A stretch of 64,000 nt of DNA, from the NCBI GenBank assembly GCA_041671125.1, contig JBAZCA010000003.1:128689-192688 (forward strand). The letters are read 5' to 3'. A program made the translations under genes and the position numbers. The notes below the pieces were generated by a model. That model saw only the letters and a list, made by a program, of their open reading frames with translations, was not told where the DNA came from and made no database searches. How positions within the stretch are numbered: position 1 is the stretch's first letter; each line of letters starts with the position of its first letter. Positions 1 through 10,078 of the stretch are shown one piece after another. This DNA comes from Patescibacteria group bacterium (GTDB lineage Bacteria > Patescibacteriota > Patescibacteriia > Patescibacteriales > JBAZCA01).

Positions 1-1
1 T

Positions 2-535
2 AATTTTGTTGCCGGAGCTTTGGTAATGGGAATTTTCGCCATTGGCACCGCGCCAGGGCTTTTAGGCATCGGCGGCCTTACATCGGTTATTAAAGGAGCC
101 TTTGCAAAAAGATTTTTTAAGCTGGCCGGACTTTTAGTTATTATTTTTGCCTTTTTTAACTTTGCCAACGGCTGGAATCTAACCGGCCTTTCTATTGGTT
201 CTGCCGGCAACGCGAGAAAAGCTAATGTTTCTGCCAGCGACCCTAACGTCAGCCTGGAAAATGGCGTCCAGGTGGTAAGAATGGCCGAAGTCTCGGACGG
301 CTATGAACCGAACAAGTTTACGATAAAAAAAGGTGTTCCGGTTAAATGGGTGATTGACGCGCAAGCGCCCTATTTGTGCGCTTCAACTATCGTTTTGCCC
401 AAGCATGAAATAGTTAAGCACCTCGCGGCCGGCGAAAACATTATTGAATTTACTCCGGATGAAATCGGCGCCTTAAAATTTTCCTGCTCCATGGGTATGT
501 ATACCGGAGTGTTTAACGTCGTGGAAAATTTATGA
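2..535 (+). CDS. Membrane protein with C-terminal cupredoxin-like domain (5' end cut by window edge)
   Basis: Frame open back to nt 2. Hydrophobic N-part. C-terminal [16 protein letters not shown]...[10 protein letters not shown] pattern typical of cupredoxin-like metal-binding domains. 4-nt overlap with copA. Confidence 0.5.
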   Translation, partial: NFVAGALVMGIFAIGTAPGLLGIGGLTSVIKGAFAKRFFKLAGLLVIIFAFFNFANGWNLTGLSIGSAGNARKANVSASDPNVSLENGVQVVRMAEVSDGYEPNKFTIKKGVPVKWVIDAQAPYLCASTIVLPKHEIVKHLAAGENIIEFTPDEIGALKFSCSMGMYTGVFNVVENL

Positions 536-2937
536 AAACCTTAAAACTGGACGTAAGCGGTATGCATTGCGCGTCTTGCGCCGCGATTATTGAGCGAAGC
601 GTGAAAAAAACCGTCGGCGTAAAAAACGCCAGCGTGAACCTGGCTTCGGAAAAAGCCACGGTTATTTTTGATGAAAAAATATTGGACTCCGAAGCGATAA
701 TTAAAGCGATAGAAAAGGCCGGGTACGGAGCAAAGGCTGGCGGAACAAGCGAGGAAGACGCAAAAAGGAAAGCCGCGGAACTAAAAAATCAATTTAATAA
801 ATTTTTAGTAAGCCTTACCCTTTCCTTGCCGATGTTTTATTTTATGCTCGCGGATTTTTTTCCCGCTCTTCCCGGCCGCGCCTCTCTTCCTTATCACGGC
901 CCTATATCTCTCTTACTTACTCTCCCAATCCAATTCATAATTGGCCTGAGTTTTTATAAAGGCATGTGGTCGGCCTTGCGGATGAAAACTTTTAACATGG
1001 ATTCTCTAATCGCCATCGGCACTTCCACCGCCTTTTTTTACAGCCTTGTAAACCTCCTGCTCTACGCGGTGAAAAACGGCTCAATCATCGGTCAAAACGG
1101 GGAGATGGTACCGGATTTGTACTTTGAAACCGCCGCTTTCCTTATCACTTTTGTTATCCTGGGTAAGTGGCTGGAGGCGCGGACTAAGGGCAGGACTTCT
1201 GACGCGATTAAAAAACTCATGAGTCTCAAGGGAAAAACCGCCCGGGTGATCCGCGAGGGCAAGACGATTGATTTGGCGATCGGCGCGGTAAAAAAAGGCG
1301 ACATTGTGATTGTCCGGCCGGGCGAAAAAATTCCGATTGATGGTAAAATTGTTAAGGGCTATTCTTCGGTTGATGAATCCATGCTCACCGGCGAATCCAT
1401 CCCGGTTGAAAAAAATATCGGCGCCAATGTCATCGGCGGGACAATCAATAAAACCGGTAGTTTTGAATTTAAGGTTACCAGGGTCGGAGAAGAAACAACC
1501 CTCTCGCAAATTATCCGGGTGGTTGAAGAAGCCCAAGGGTCAAAGGCGCCGATCCAGGGTTTTGCCGACCGGATTTCGGCTTATTTTGTCCCGGCGGTAA
1601 TTATCATAGCGATTATCACTTTTATTTCCTGGTACTTTTTTTTGAGCGCGACGCTCGTATTTTCTTTAATGGCTTTTACCGCCGTTATCGTTATCGCCTG
1701 TCCTTGCGCCCTAGGGCTCGCTACCCCGACCTCGCTCATGGTCGGGACTGGTAAGGGCGCCCAGTACGGTATCTTAATTAAAGGAGGAGAACCACTAGAA
1801 GTGGCGGGAAAAATTAATGCCATTGTCTTTGACAAAACCGGAACCATAACCAAAGGCAAACCCGAGGTAACTGATGTGGTTAAATTCCATCCCGCAGTAA
1901 GCGGAATCAAATTCCAAAATTTAGATATTATTCAAATCGCGGCATCTTTGGAAAAGAGCTCCGAACACCCATTGGCAGAAGCGATAATCAGAAAATCCAG
2001 AGAAATGGAAATCGAATTATTGCCGACAGAAAATTTTATGGCCATTCCTGGTCAAGGCGTAATCGGCGAGATAGCCGACAAAAAATATTATTTAGGCAAT
2101 CGGAAGTTAATAACTGAAACGGCCAGGCTGGCCGTAGCTAAAATTGAAGCTGAAATATTAAAACTGGAGGAGCAAGGAAAAACAGTTATGATTTTAGCCG
2201 ATGGAAAAGAGATTCTTGGCGCTATCGCCGTCGCTGATACGATCCGGGAAACTTCGCGTGAAGCAGTATCAAAATTAAAAGAGCTTGGCCTCGCCGTTTA
2301 TATGATTACCGGCGATAACAGCCGGACAGCTAAAGCCATAGCCTTGCAAGCGGGAATTGATGTTAATAACGTGTTTTCCGAAATTCTGCCGGAGGATAAA
2401 GCAAATATAATCAAAGAGATACAAAATAAAAATCGTCAATCGTCAATCGTCAACCCGCCTGCCGGCGAGGCAGGTCGTCAATCCTATGTGGCAATGGTCG
2501 GTGACGGAATAAACGACGCGCCGGCTTTAGCCAGAGCCGATTTGGGCATTGCCATGGGCGGCGGCGCGGACGTCGCCATGGAAACCGGCGGCATCGTAAT
2601 TATGCGGAATGATTTGCGGGACGTTGTCACGGCTTTTGAGCTCTCCCGCGAAACCATGGGCAAGATAAAACAGAATATGTTTTTCGCTTTGTTCTATAAC
2701 GTCATCGGCATTCCGGTTGCCGCTCGGGTATTTATGGGCTTTGGACTGGTATTAAAGCCGGAACTCGCCGGCCTGGCTATGGCTCTAAGCTCAATCTCAG
2801 TCGTCAGTAATTCCCTTCTCCTCCGCCTCTTCCGCCCGGGTAAGCGCAATTATTTATCAATGGCGGCGCCGATTATCATGGTAATATTATTTTCTTTTCT
2901 CTTTTACGAATTCGCCAAATTTAGTTCAAAAATGTAG
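532..2937 (+). CDS. copA: Copper-translocating P1B-type ATPase
   Basis: HMA domain [19 protein letters not shown] ([11 protein letters not shown]), [16 protein letters not shown]. 801 aa. Confidence 0.95.
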   Translation: MKTLKLDVSGMHCASCAAIIERSVKKTVGVKNASVNLASEKATVIFDEKILDSEAIIKAIEKAGYGAKAGGTSEEDAKRKAAELKNQFNKFLVSLTLSLPMFYFMLADFFPALPGRASLPYHGPISLLLTLPIQFIIGLSFYKGMWSALRMKTFNMDSLIAIGTSTAFFYSLVNLLLYAVKNGSIIGQNGEMVPDLYFETAAFLITFVILGKWLEARTKGRTSDAIKKLMSLKGKTARVIREGKTIDLAIGAVKKGDIVIVRPGEKIPIDGKIVKGYSSVDESMLTGESIPVEKNIGANVIGGTINKTGSFEFKVTRVGEETTLSQIIRVVEEAQGSKAPIQGFADRISAYFVPAVIIIAIITFISWYFFLSATLVFSLMAFTAVIVIACPCALGLATPTSLMVGTGKGAQYGILIKGGEPLEVAGKINAIVFDKTGTITKGKPEVTDVVKFHPAVSGIKFQNLDIIQIAASLEKSSEHPLAEAIIRKSREMEIELLPTENFMAIPGQGVIGEIADKKYYLGNRKLITETARLAVAKIEAEILKLEEQGKTVMILADGKEILGAIAVADTIRETSREAVSKLKELGLAVYMITGDNSRTAKAIALQAGIDVNNVFSEILPEDKANIIKEIQNKNRQSSIVNPPAGEAGRQSYVAMVGDGINDAPALARADLGIAMGGGADVAMETGGIVIMRNDLRDVVTAFELSRETMGKIKQNMFFALFYNVIGIPVAARVFMGFGLVLKPELAGLAMALSSISVVSNSLLLRLFRPGKRNYLSMAAPIIMVILFSFLFYEFAKFSSKM
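2431..2485. repeat. In-frame short-word/palindrome element inside copA ((AATCGTC)x3 + 20-bp palindromic core)
   Basis: Core CCGCCTGCCGGCGAGGCAGG at 2455-2474 is the exact reverse complement of 19604-19623. Encodes [18 protein letters not shown] just before GDGINDAP. Confidence 0.8.
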
Positions 2938-2966
2938 TATGAAAGATAAATAATTGATGTAAAAAT

Positions 2967-2990
2967 ACCCGGCCTGGACCGGGTGTTTTT
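2967..2990 (+). terminator. Rho-independent terminator after copA
   Basis: ACCCGG-cctgga-CCGGGT stem followed by a T-run. Confidence 0.6.
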
Positions 2991-3066
2991 ATGGTCTTGA
3001 CGGAAATTATGAATATATATATACTTAATCCATACTTAATTAGTAGGAGTTAGAATTTAACAAAAT

Positions 3067-3465
3067 ATGAAATTTTCAACCAGGGCGGAATACGGCTTAA
3101 AGGCCATCATTAATCTGGCTAACGCCTATCCGAAGCAAAGGAGTATTTCTGAAATTGCAAAAGAAGAGCGCATTTCCATCAAATATCTTGAAAGACTGAT
3201 GGGCGAGTTCAGGAAGAAGAATCTGGTAAAAAGCTCAAAAGGCAAGGCCGGCGGATATGCTTTGATAAGAAAACCGTCGCGGGTGGCGGTCGGCGAAGTA
3301 ATTGAGATTATTGAAGGCCCGATTTCGCCGATGAAATGCGTCGGAGAGGATTGCGCCCTAAGGCACACCTGCCCTTCCGGCCGGGTTTGGACAAAGCTCG
3401 GAGAGCAGATCAAAAAAACATTATACGGGATTAAACTTAGTGAATTAATAAACTCTAAAATATGA
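3067..3465 (+). CDS. Rrf2-family transcriptional regulator (IscR-like)
   Basis: Rrf2-type wHTH at the N-terminus. Three-Cys cluster (KCVGEDCALRHTC). Overlaps the nifS start, so it belongs to the Fe-S operon. Confidence 0.85.
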   Translation: MKFSTRAEYGLKAIINLANAYPKQRSISEIAKEERISIKYLERLMGEFRKKNLVKSSKGKAGGYALIRKPSRVAVGEVIEIIEGPISPMKCVGEDCALRHTCPSGRVWTKLGEQIKKTLYGIKLSELINSKI

Positions 3466-4706
3466 CTGAAGAAAAGAAAATTTATTTAGACCACGGGGCG
3501 ACGACTCCGGTGGACAAAAAAGTTTTAAAGGCTATGTTGCCCTATTTTAATGAAAATTATGGCAATGCCGCTTCGCATCACGCTTTTGGCAAAGACGCCT
3601 GTAAGGCGGTTGAAGCGGCGCGCAACGAGGCGGCCATATTTTTTCACGCCAACCCGGAGGAAATTATTTTTACGAGCGGAGCTACCGAATCCAACAACCT
3701 AACGGTCAAAGGAATTATAAAACGGGCGAAAATTGAAGGCGCGAAGTCCCATATTATAACCACCGCTTTTGAGCATCACTGCGTATTGGACGCTTGTGGA
3801 GCGATGCAAAAAGAGGGTTTGGCGGAGGTGACTTTTCTTAATCCGGAAACGGATGGCGTGGTTAGCGTGGAAAAAATCAGGGAAGCGATCCGGCCGAATA
3901 CGGTTTTAATATCCGTCATGTACGTCAATAACGAAATCGGCACGGTTCAGCCGATTGCCGCTATCGGCAATATGATAAAGGAGCAAAATTCCAAAATTTT
4001 ATTTCATACTGATGCGACGCAGGCAGTTAATTATTTTAACTGTAATGTAGATGAACTGAATGTAGACCTGTTATCAATGTCGGCCCATAAAATTTACGGG
4101 CCTAAAGGCGTCGGGCTTCTCTATATCCGCAAAGGCACGCCAGTCGCGAGGATTCAGGACGGCGGCGACCAGGAAGCAAGGCTCAGGGCTGGCACCCATA
4201 ATGTCCCTGGGATAGTCGGCCTCGGGAAAGCGCTGGAGCTGGTTGGAAAAAACAATAAAAAGGACGCTAAAAAAATCGCCAAATTAAGGGACAGGCTAAT
4301 TGACCGGGTGCTTAAGGAAATACCGGATACCTTTTTAAACGGGTCGCGCGAATTGCGCTCGCCCAATAATGCCAATATCAGCTTTAAAAACGTTGAAGGC
4401 GAAAGTATGCTTATGCTTTTAGACATGGCCGGCATTGCCGCTTCAACCGGCTCGGCCTGTTCTTCGGATTCTTTGGCGCCGTCGCACGTATTGCTCGCTA
4501 TCGGGAGAAAGGCCGAAGAAGCCCACGGATCAATCCGGATAACCCTCGGAAAACAAACAACCGAAGAAGAAATTGATTACGCCGTGGAAAAATTAAAAGA
4601 ATCAGCGAAAAAAATTAGGAAAATTTCCGGGCAGGTATTAAATGATTTTTACGCGAGTAAAAACAATATGGCTCTCGATGAGGATGGCCATGACCATAGT
4701 CATTAA
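3462..4706 (+). CDS. nifS: Cysteine desulfurase (class V aminotransferase)
   Basis: PLP-lysine motif SAHKIYGPKGVG. Catalytic loop STGSACSS. Located between Rrf2 and iscU. Confidence 0.9.
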   Translation: MTEEKKIYLDHGATTPVDKKVLKAMLPYFNENYGNAASHHAFGKDACKAVEAARNEAAIFFHANPEEIIFTSGATESNNLTVKGIIKRAKIEGAKSHIITTAFEHHCVLDACGAMQKEGLAEVTFLNPETDGVVSVEKIREAIRPNTVLISVMYVNNEIGTVQPIAAIGNMIKEQNSKILFHTDATQAVNYFNCNVDELNVDLLSMSAHKIYGPKGVGLLYIRKGTPVARIQDGGDQEARLRAGTHNVPGIVGLGKALELVGKNNKKDAKKIAKLRDRLIDRVLKEIPDTFLNGSRELRSPNNANISFKNVEGESMLMLLDMAGIAASTGSACSSDSLAPSHVLLAIGRKAEEAHGSIRITLGKQTTEEEIDYAVEKLKESAKKIRKISGQVLNDFYASKNNMALDEDGHDHSH

Positions 4707-4862
4707 AAGTGAAAAATTATCAATTATCAATGATCAATTTTCAATAAATTTTCAATTTATCAATAACGCGATTTTCAAATAGTCTGAAATAATGTTAAAT
4801 TTGAAAATTGTTTAATTGAAAATTCATTGATCATTGTAAATTGATAATTGAAAATTGATTTT

Positions 4863-5234
4863 ATGCAGTATTCAAAAAAACTAATTGACCATTTTACTAA
4901 TCCGCGTAACCAGGGCAGATTGGAAAAACCTTCGGCTACCGGTATCGTTGGCAATCCGGTATGTGGGGATTTAATGAAAATTTATCTTGACGTGAAAAAC
5001 GGCTTGATTAATGATATTAAATTTGAAACTTTAGGCTGCGCTTCGGCCATCGCCACCTCTTCCATGGTAACGGAGCTGGCTAAAGGAAAAACCTTGGACG
5101 AAGCTGAAAAGATTACCCGAAACGACGTCGCTAACGCCTTAGAAGGTCTGCCCCCGATAAAAATGCACTGCTCCAACCTCGCGGCTGACGCCCTAAAAAA
5201 AGCCATCGCGGAATACAAGGGGAAAAATAAATAA
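4863..5234 (+). CDS. iscU: Fe-S cluster assembly scaffold IscU/NifU-N
   Basis: Three conserved Cys contexts (GNPVCGD, LGCASAIA, KMHCS). ATG at 4863 preferred over the TTG at 4848, which lies in the repeat spacer. Confidence 0.9.
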   Translation: MQYSKKLIDHFTNPRNQGRLEKPSATGIVGNPVCGDLMKIYLDVKNGLINDIKFETLGCASAIATSSMVTELAKGKTLDEAEKITRNDVANALEGLPPIKMHCSNLAADALKKAIAEYKGKNK

Positions 5235-5284
5235 TATTCTCTTCCGGCAGATTCTGCCGCAAAACAATTTTTAAATACAAAAAA

Positions 5285-5316
5285 ACCGCTGGTTCATTTG
5301 ATAGGCGGTTTTTTTG
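5285..5316 (+). terminator. Rho-independent terminator after iscU
   Basis: ACCGC...GCGGT stem followed by T7. Confidence 0.5.
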
Positions 5317-5335
5317 GTGGCTTATGGAAGATTTG

Positions 5336-5354
5336 GTGGACCCTGGGAGACTCG
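5336..5354. repeat. Duplicate of the tRNA-Ala 3' end (19 bp), here followed by an encoded CCA
   Basis: GTGGACCCTGGGAGACTCG at 5336-5354 equals 5462-5480. Confidence 0.9.
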
Positions 5355-5462
5355 CCCGGCATCCGCCGGGCATGCGCCCGGCGAATGCCGGGCGGGGAGC
5401 GGACTTTGTCGGGCGCATGCCCGATGCTCCCCCGAACTTTAACAATAAGCCTCTTATAATTG

Positions 5463-5536
5463 TGGACCCTGGGAGACTCGAACTCCCCGCCTCCTGCGTG
5501 CAAAGCAGGCGCTCTACCGGATGAGCTAAGGGCCCT
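5463..5536 (-). tRNA. tRNA-Ala (anticodon UGC)
   Basis: Cloverleaf read by hand: acceptor GGGCCCU with G3:U70, anticodon loop uuUGCac, T-arm GGGAGTTCGAGTCTCCC. No encoded CCA. Confidence 0.9.
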
Positions 5537-5813
5537 TTATTACTAATATGATTAGCGTTGTAGCAGAATTAAATTCATCAGGCTGTTTTTTTACAATAAA
5601 CTATTACATAAGCTTCGCGGATTAAAACGCGAAATTGACGCTGAAAATAGTTGTTCTGCAGTCTAATAATAGCAGTAATTTACCTATTAGCCGGTAAACT
5701 GCCAGTTAATGCAACTGGCAGTTTATTGCGGATAGGGCGAGATCGGTATGTTATTTAATCCCTTCTTAATGGTTTAACTGCCTGTCAGTTCCGTGTTGCG
5801 CGCGGGAAAAAAT

Positions 5814-6068
5814 TTAAACCGGATTGCTTGCCTTAATTAACGGCTCAAGCACCCAGCCTAAAAATCCGCCAATCAGGTTGGTAAAAATTAAGATGCCGAT
5901 AAAGGCGACTAAAAGCCCGATAAGCTTATAGCCGAGACGCGATCCGCCTTCAACGCCAAGATAGCGTTCAAAAAATCCGATCCGGCCAAAAGCCCTGAGC
6001 ATAGCTTCTGATTTAATCGTGATAAACGCGCCGGCCGCCAGTATAAAAATTCCAAGGATAAAATGCAT
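5814..6068 (-). CDS. Small integral membrane protein
   Basis: 84 aa with two or three hydrophobic helices. No recognisable motif. Confidence 0.45.
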   Translation of the reverse strand: MHFILGIFILAAGAFITIKSEAMLRAFGRIGFFERYLGVEGGSRLGYKLIGLLVAFIGILIFTNLIGGFLGWVLEPLIKASNPV

Positions 6069-6158
6069 GCTTAAAAAGTAAATAGTAAATAGACACTAGT
6101 AAATATAATTTAAGATATACTCGGAACTTACTTTTTATGAATAATTTTGTTCTATTTA

Positions 6159-7280
6159 CTATTTTATATAGTTCAGTGGATTATATTTTGCTCCGTTGAT
6201 GATTATTTCAAAATGCAGATGCGATCCGGTTGACCAGCCGGTGGAGCCCATGGCGCCGATAGATTCCCCTTTTGAAACTTGCTGGCCTTTTTTCGCGTAG
6301 AATTTTGAAAGATGGGCGTAGCGGGTTTTCTTTCCGCCGCCATGGTCAATAACGATCTGGTTGCCGTAGCCCGTTCCCCAGCCGATGAACTCAATGGTTC
6401 CGGCGTCAGCGGCGTAAATCGGCGTACCAATTTTATTGGCAATATCAACCGCGGTATGCCGCCAGGAATAATACTGGGTGATCCGGTAGCCGGCGGTCGG
6501 CCAGTTCATCTTATTGCCGGATATCGGTTTTGAATTATTGGGTTTGATAATTTTTCCGAGATCTTTTAAGACGGAAATTCCCGAATAAGACGGCTGGCGG
6601 TAAGCGATAGCCTCAATCCTTCTTCCGCCCGGGATAATTAATTTTTGGCCGGCCTGGATAGACCCTTGTGCCAGCTTGTTGGTCTTTATTATTTCGTCCT
6701 GAGAAATGCCATATTTATTGGCTATATTTATAAGTGTATCGCCGCGCGCGACTTTATAGGAAACTCCGGACATGGGGAGGATTTGAAGGCTGTCGCCGGG
6801 CCGGATAATGCTGTAAGCGGTAAGATTGTTTTCCCAGAGGATTGTGTTGACGCTGATGGCAAATTTTTGGGCGATGGTTGAAACCGTATCGCCTTCGGCC
6901 ACCGTATAAGCAATGGCGCTCTCACGGGGCCGGATAGTTTTATCAGTGGAAACCATTTCCGGCTTTTGTAGGGCTGTCCCGTCCTGATTAAGGACGGCGA
7001 ACTCGTCTTCGGCATTTAAATCTTCGTCCATAATGGCGGGCTGGGAGCGGAAACTTGAAAGATTCTCAAGATAGCTTTGCTGGATCGGTGAGATGACCGT
7101 TTCCTGGTCAAAAAATTCTTCAATCAGTCGCTCGTCTTCAACCGTCCCGAATTCGTTTTGAATTAGACTGGAAAGGATGGTCTCTCCTGAACCGGCGCCC
7201 TGGCTTATGGCGGACGTGGGTTCGGTTATGTTGAAAAAAACAATAGTCAAAGAAATAAAAACCATTAAAAAATGAATCAT
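6159..7280 (-). CDS. LysM-repeat M23 family metallopeptidase
   Basis: Signal peptide. Three LysM-like repeats (Y.V..GDT...IA.K). M23 motifs HTAVDI and GSHLHFEI. Confidence 0.9.
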   Translation of the reverse strand: MIHFLMVFISLTIVFFNITEPTSAISQGAGSGETILSSLIQNEFGTVEDERLIEEFFDQETVISPIQQSYLENLSSFRSQPAIMDEDLNAEDEFAVLNQDGTALQKPEMVSTDKTIRPRESAIAYTVAEGDTVSTIAQKFAISVNTILWENNLTAYSIIRPGDSLQILPMSGVSYKVARGDTLINIANKYGISQDEIIKTNKLAQGSIQAGQKLIIPGGRRIEAIAYRQPSYSGISVLKDLGKIIKPNNSKPISGNKMNWPTAGYRITQYYSWRHTAVDIANKIGTPIYAADAGTIEFIGWGTGYGNQIVIDHGGGKKTRYAHLSKFYAKKGQQVSKGESIGAMGSTGWSTGSHLHFEIIINGAKYNPLNYIK

Positions 7281-7581
7281 CTTCTGGTTTAAAAAACTCC
7301 AGGCCGGGGAATCCGACCAGCCGCTTTTCTTAGTGATATAGAGGTAGAAGCGGTAGATTTTTACGACAAAATTGTAAAAAATAAACCTTAATCCCGGCCG
7401 GCCGGCTTTCTCGTAAAAATAAACAATGCCTTTAGAGGAGAAGTCTATTATTAATTTTCCCAGATTAAAAACCTGGATAATCAGCTCAACAAAAAAAATA
7501 ATGACGTTTTTCAGTAAGCGGCTCTTCCCTTTTATTTTTTGGGGTTTGTAGTATCTGATATTTTTACTGTTAATCCATCTG

Positions 7582-7654
7582 TGCGCCCACCAGGGGTCGA
7601 ACCTGGAACCTTGGACTTAAGAGGTCCCTGCTCTGCCAGTTGAGCTATGGGCGC
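7582..7654 (-). tRNA. tRNA-Lys (anticodon CUU)
   Basis: Hand-folded cloverleaf: acceptor GCGCCCA/TGGGCGC, anticodon loop cuCUUaa, T-loop GGTTCGA. Confidence 0.85.
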
Positions 7655-7907
7655 CCTACTTCATTAAAATTTCGTAGGGCGAGCTTATAAATGAATTAGT
7701 ATTCCTAAAAATGCTCGTCCGCCGAAGCTTTAGCGAAGGCGGAAGCTATTGGCGCTTTGAAGCGATTCCGCGGCTGTTTCGGTTTTACGCTTTTTTCGCG
7801 CCAGCGGCATCTATCATTTATAGCATAGCAGGTGGCTTTTTTCAACCACTCTCCGCGAAAACCGTTATTTAAACTTTAAAACATTTTTTATCGCCCGAGA
7901 GTTCCCG

Positions 7908-8888
7908 CTAGGCTATTATCCAGCCATCCGATCCGGCGGAGGACAACCGACCTTTAAAAGAAAAGCCGGCGGCTTTTTTATGACCGCCGCCGCCAAGAAT
8001 CCGGGCCAGCGCCGACACATCGCCGCTAGGTAAAGCCGTCCGGAGGCTCCCTCTTATGATTTCCGGTTCGGTTTGGCGTAGGAATAAAACCGCCCGGACG
8101 CCGGAGAGGTTACTAATAAAACCCGACAATCCTTCATATGCCTCTTCGGAAATATTCTTCTCTACGTATTCTTCATGGGTTAAAACGGCCACGGCAATGT
8201 TATATTGCCGGTTAATCAGCATCTTATCAAGAATATTGCCCCAGCCCTTTAAAGCCGTGAGGCTTTTGTTCCGTAAAAATTTATCAACTATCTTTGCGTG
8301 GCAGGCTCCGGATAAAAGCATTTCAGAACCGATTTTTATGGTTTTTAAAGTCGCGGACGGATAAAGGAAAGCTCCGGTGTCGGCTATGATCCCGGTCAGG
8401 ATACAGGTTGCCGCCTTAGGGCTGATTTTTATACCGCCGGCCTTAAGGAAATTATAAACGATTTCGGTAGTGGAAGAAGCCTGGGGATCGCGCAATTCAA
8501 TCTCGGCGTAATTTTCAACGCCCGGGTGGTGATCAAATTCAATTACCTTCTGGCTTAATGGGCGTTTGCCGATTAGCCGGGCGATAGCGGTTCTTCCCTT
8601 TTCAGCGCAGTCAAAAACAAGGATCAAATCAAAATTATTTATTGGTTTGTCGACGTCAAAGAAAATTTCTTCCGAATTTTTTATTTTATCGGCGTGGGGA
8701 ATGGATTTAAAAATTTCCGGCACCGGAGTATGGCAAAAAGCCAGATACTTTTTATTTCCGCTTTCCAGATAATCAATCATGGCACAAACCGAAGCAATCG
8801 CGTCCCCGTCCGGATTCAAATGGGTGACCAATAAAATCCGTCCGGCCCGGCTTATTTCTTTATGGGCTTTATGAAAAAAATGGTTCAT
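7908..8888 (-). CDS. nrnA: DHH/DHHA1 phosphoesterase (NrnA-like oligoribonuclease/pAp phosphatase)
   Basis: NPDGDA, FDHHPG (DHH) and GGGGHKKAAG (DHHA1) motifs. Confidence 0.8.
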   Translation of the reverse strand: MNHFFHKAHKEISRAGRILLVTHLNPDGDAIASVCAMIDYLESGNKKYLAFCHTPVPEIFKSIPHADKIKNSEEIFFDVDKPINNFDLILVFDCAEKGRTAIARLIGKRPLSQKVIEFDHHPGVENYAEIELRDPQASSTTEIVYNFLKAGGIKISPKAATCILTGIIADTGAFLYPSATLKTIKIGSEMLLSGACHAKIVDKFLRNKSLTALKGWGNILDKMLINRQYNIAVAVLTHEEYVEKNISEEAYEGLSGFISNLSGVRAVLFLRQTEPEIIRGSLRTALPSGDVSALARILGGGGHKKAAGFSFKGRLSSAGSDGWIIA

Positions 8889-8892
8889 TTAG

Positions 8893-9207
8893 TTATGGGT
8901 TTTCTTCGGCTTCGCCGTACGGCAGATTTTTGTTAATAACCCAATTGAGCTTGCACATCCGGCTTAGCCGAATTCGTTTTTGGGTCAAGGCTAAAAGATA
9001 CGGACCTGATTTGCGGAGTTTTTTCAGGGTGAAAAGGGTTTTTTCGTCCGGCAAAACCGAAAATCCGATTTCGGCCGACTGGAAATCAGGAGTGCATTTG
9101 ACGTAGCTTAGGGAAATAAAACCTTCTTCCATCGGAATTTCCCGGGAAATTGTTTGCGCGAGTTCCCTGAGGAGAAGCTCATTTACTTGTTCAATGTTTC
9201 TTGGCAT
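8893..9207 (-). CDS. rbfA: Ribosome-binding factor A
   Basis: Size about 100 aa. N-terminal R...V..L..EL pattern. Sits among translation genes. Confidence 0.7.
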   Translation of the reverse strand: MPRNIEQVNELLLRELAQTISREIPMEEGFISLSYVKCTPDFQSAEIGFSVLPDEKTLFTLKKLRKSGPYLLALTQKRIRLSRMCKLNWVINKNLPYGEAEENP

Positions 9208-9211
9208 ATAT

Positions 9212-9688
9212 TTACCGGTTTAACGGCGTTTGTTCTTTATCTGGCCCGAGATTGGTAAAGAAAAGGCTTAAAACCCCTAAAGTTACCATTGCGTCGGCTA
9301 AGTTAAAAACCGCGAAAAAAGCTAAGTTAAAATAATCAATAACATATCCATAGCTTAAACGGTCGTATAAATTGCTCGCGCCGCCGACAATAATAAGGAT
9401 GAGAAAAGGGATTTTTTGCCCCAGTTCGCTACCCTTTTTTATTATCAGAATGAGAATCGCCGCCAGCAGAATAAAGATAGCGGCCTCAAGCGCTCGGCCA
9501 GACAAGGGAATAGAAAATGCGATATTTTTGTTTTTGCTTAAGCCAAAAGATAGAAAATTTTTAAGAAGTAATATTTTTTCATCTGTAAGGCCGTAGAAAA
9601 CGTACCATTTAAGGTAGCGGTCCGCAAAAATAAAAAAGACAACAACCGAATAAAAAGTTATCATCTTTTTTCCAAGCCATAATTTCAT
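9212..9688 (-). CDS. lspA: Lipoprotein signal peptidase II
   Basis: Four TM helices. N.NIAFS, NLYDR and FNLAD motifs. Confidence 0.85.
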   Translation of the reverse strand: MKLWLGKKMITFYSVVVFFIFADRYLKWYVFYGLTDEKILLLKNFLSFGLSKNKNIAFSIPLSGRALEAAIFILLAAILILIIKKGSELGQKIPFLILIIVGGASNLYDRLSYGYVIDYFNLAFFAVFNLADAMVTLGVLSLFFTNLGPDKEQTPLNR

Positions 9689-9703
9689 GTCATTGTTTTT
9701 ATT

Positions 9704-10078
9704 TTAAGAGCCGTTTTGAAGCTTTTTTTTACAATCCACGCAAGCACTGGCAAAAGGACGCGCGAGCAGTCTTTTCGGGTTAATCTCATTTTTGCAGTAT
9801 TTGCAGATTCCATAAGTTCCCCCTTTAATCCTTTTTAGGGCTGATTCAATATCCCGCAGAGTCCCTTCCAATATTCGCTCAGTTACGATATTGGCGGAAT
9901 ATTCGCTTATTTCTTGGGCGTTTTCATCGCTCTTATTGCCATATTCCGGGAACATGGTTTTATGTTCGTCCTTGTCGTGCTCGCTTTTGGAAGTAAAATT
10001 GCTTAATTCCTTGAGGACTTTTTTTTTCTGTCCTTGTAACTCCTTCTCAATTTGTGAGAGGGTTTTTTTGTCTATCAT
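9704..10078 (-). CDS. DksA/TraR-family C4 zinc-finger protein
   Basis: C-terminal CKYC...CVDC four-Cys finger preceded by a coiled coil. Confidence 0.8.
   Translation of the reverse strand: MIDKKTLSQIEKELQGQKKKVLKELSNFTSKSEHDKDEHKTMFPEYGNKSDENAQEISEYSANIVTERILEGTLRDIESALKRIKGGTYGICKYCKNEINPKRLLARPFASACVDCKKKLQNGS

Noticed and set aside
1081-1910. Several antisense or alternate-frame ORFs within copA (1081-1536, 1310-1600, 1581-1910)
   Set aside because: They are nested in a gene with complete P-type ATPase motifs. No independent support exists.
5294-5524. Two ORFs (69 and 66 aa) over the tRNA-Ala region
   Set aside because: They overlap a tRNA gene and GC-rich hairpins. The Arg/Pro/Gly-rich translations are typical of non-coding GC-rich DNA.
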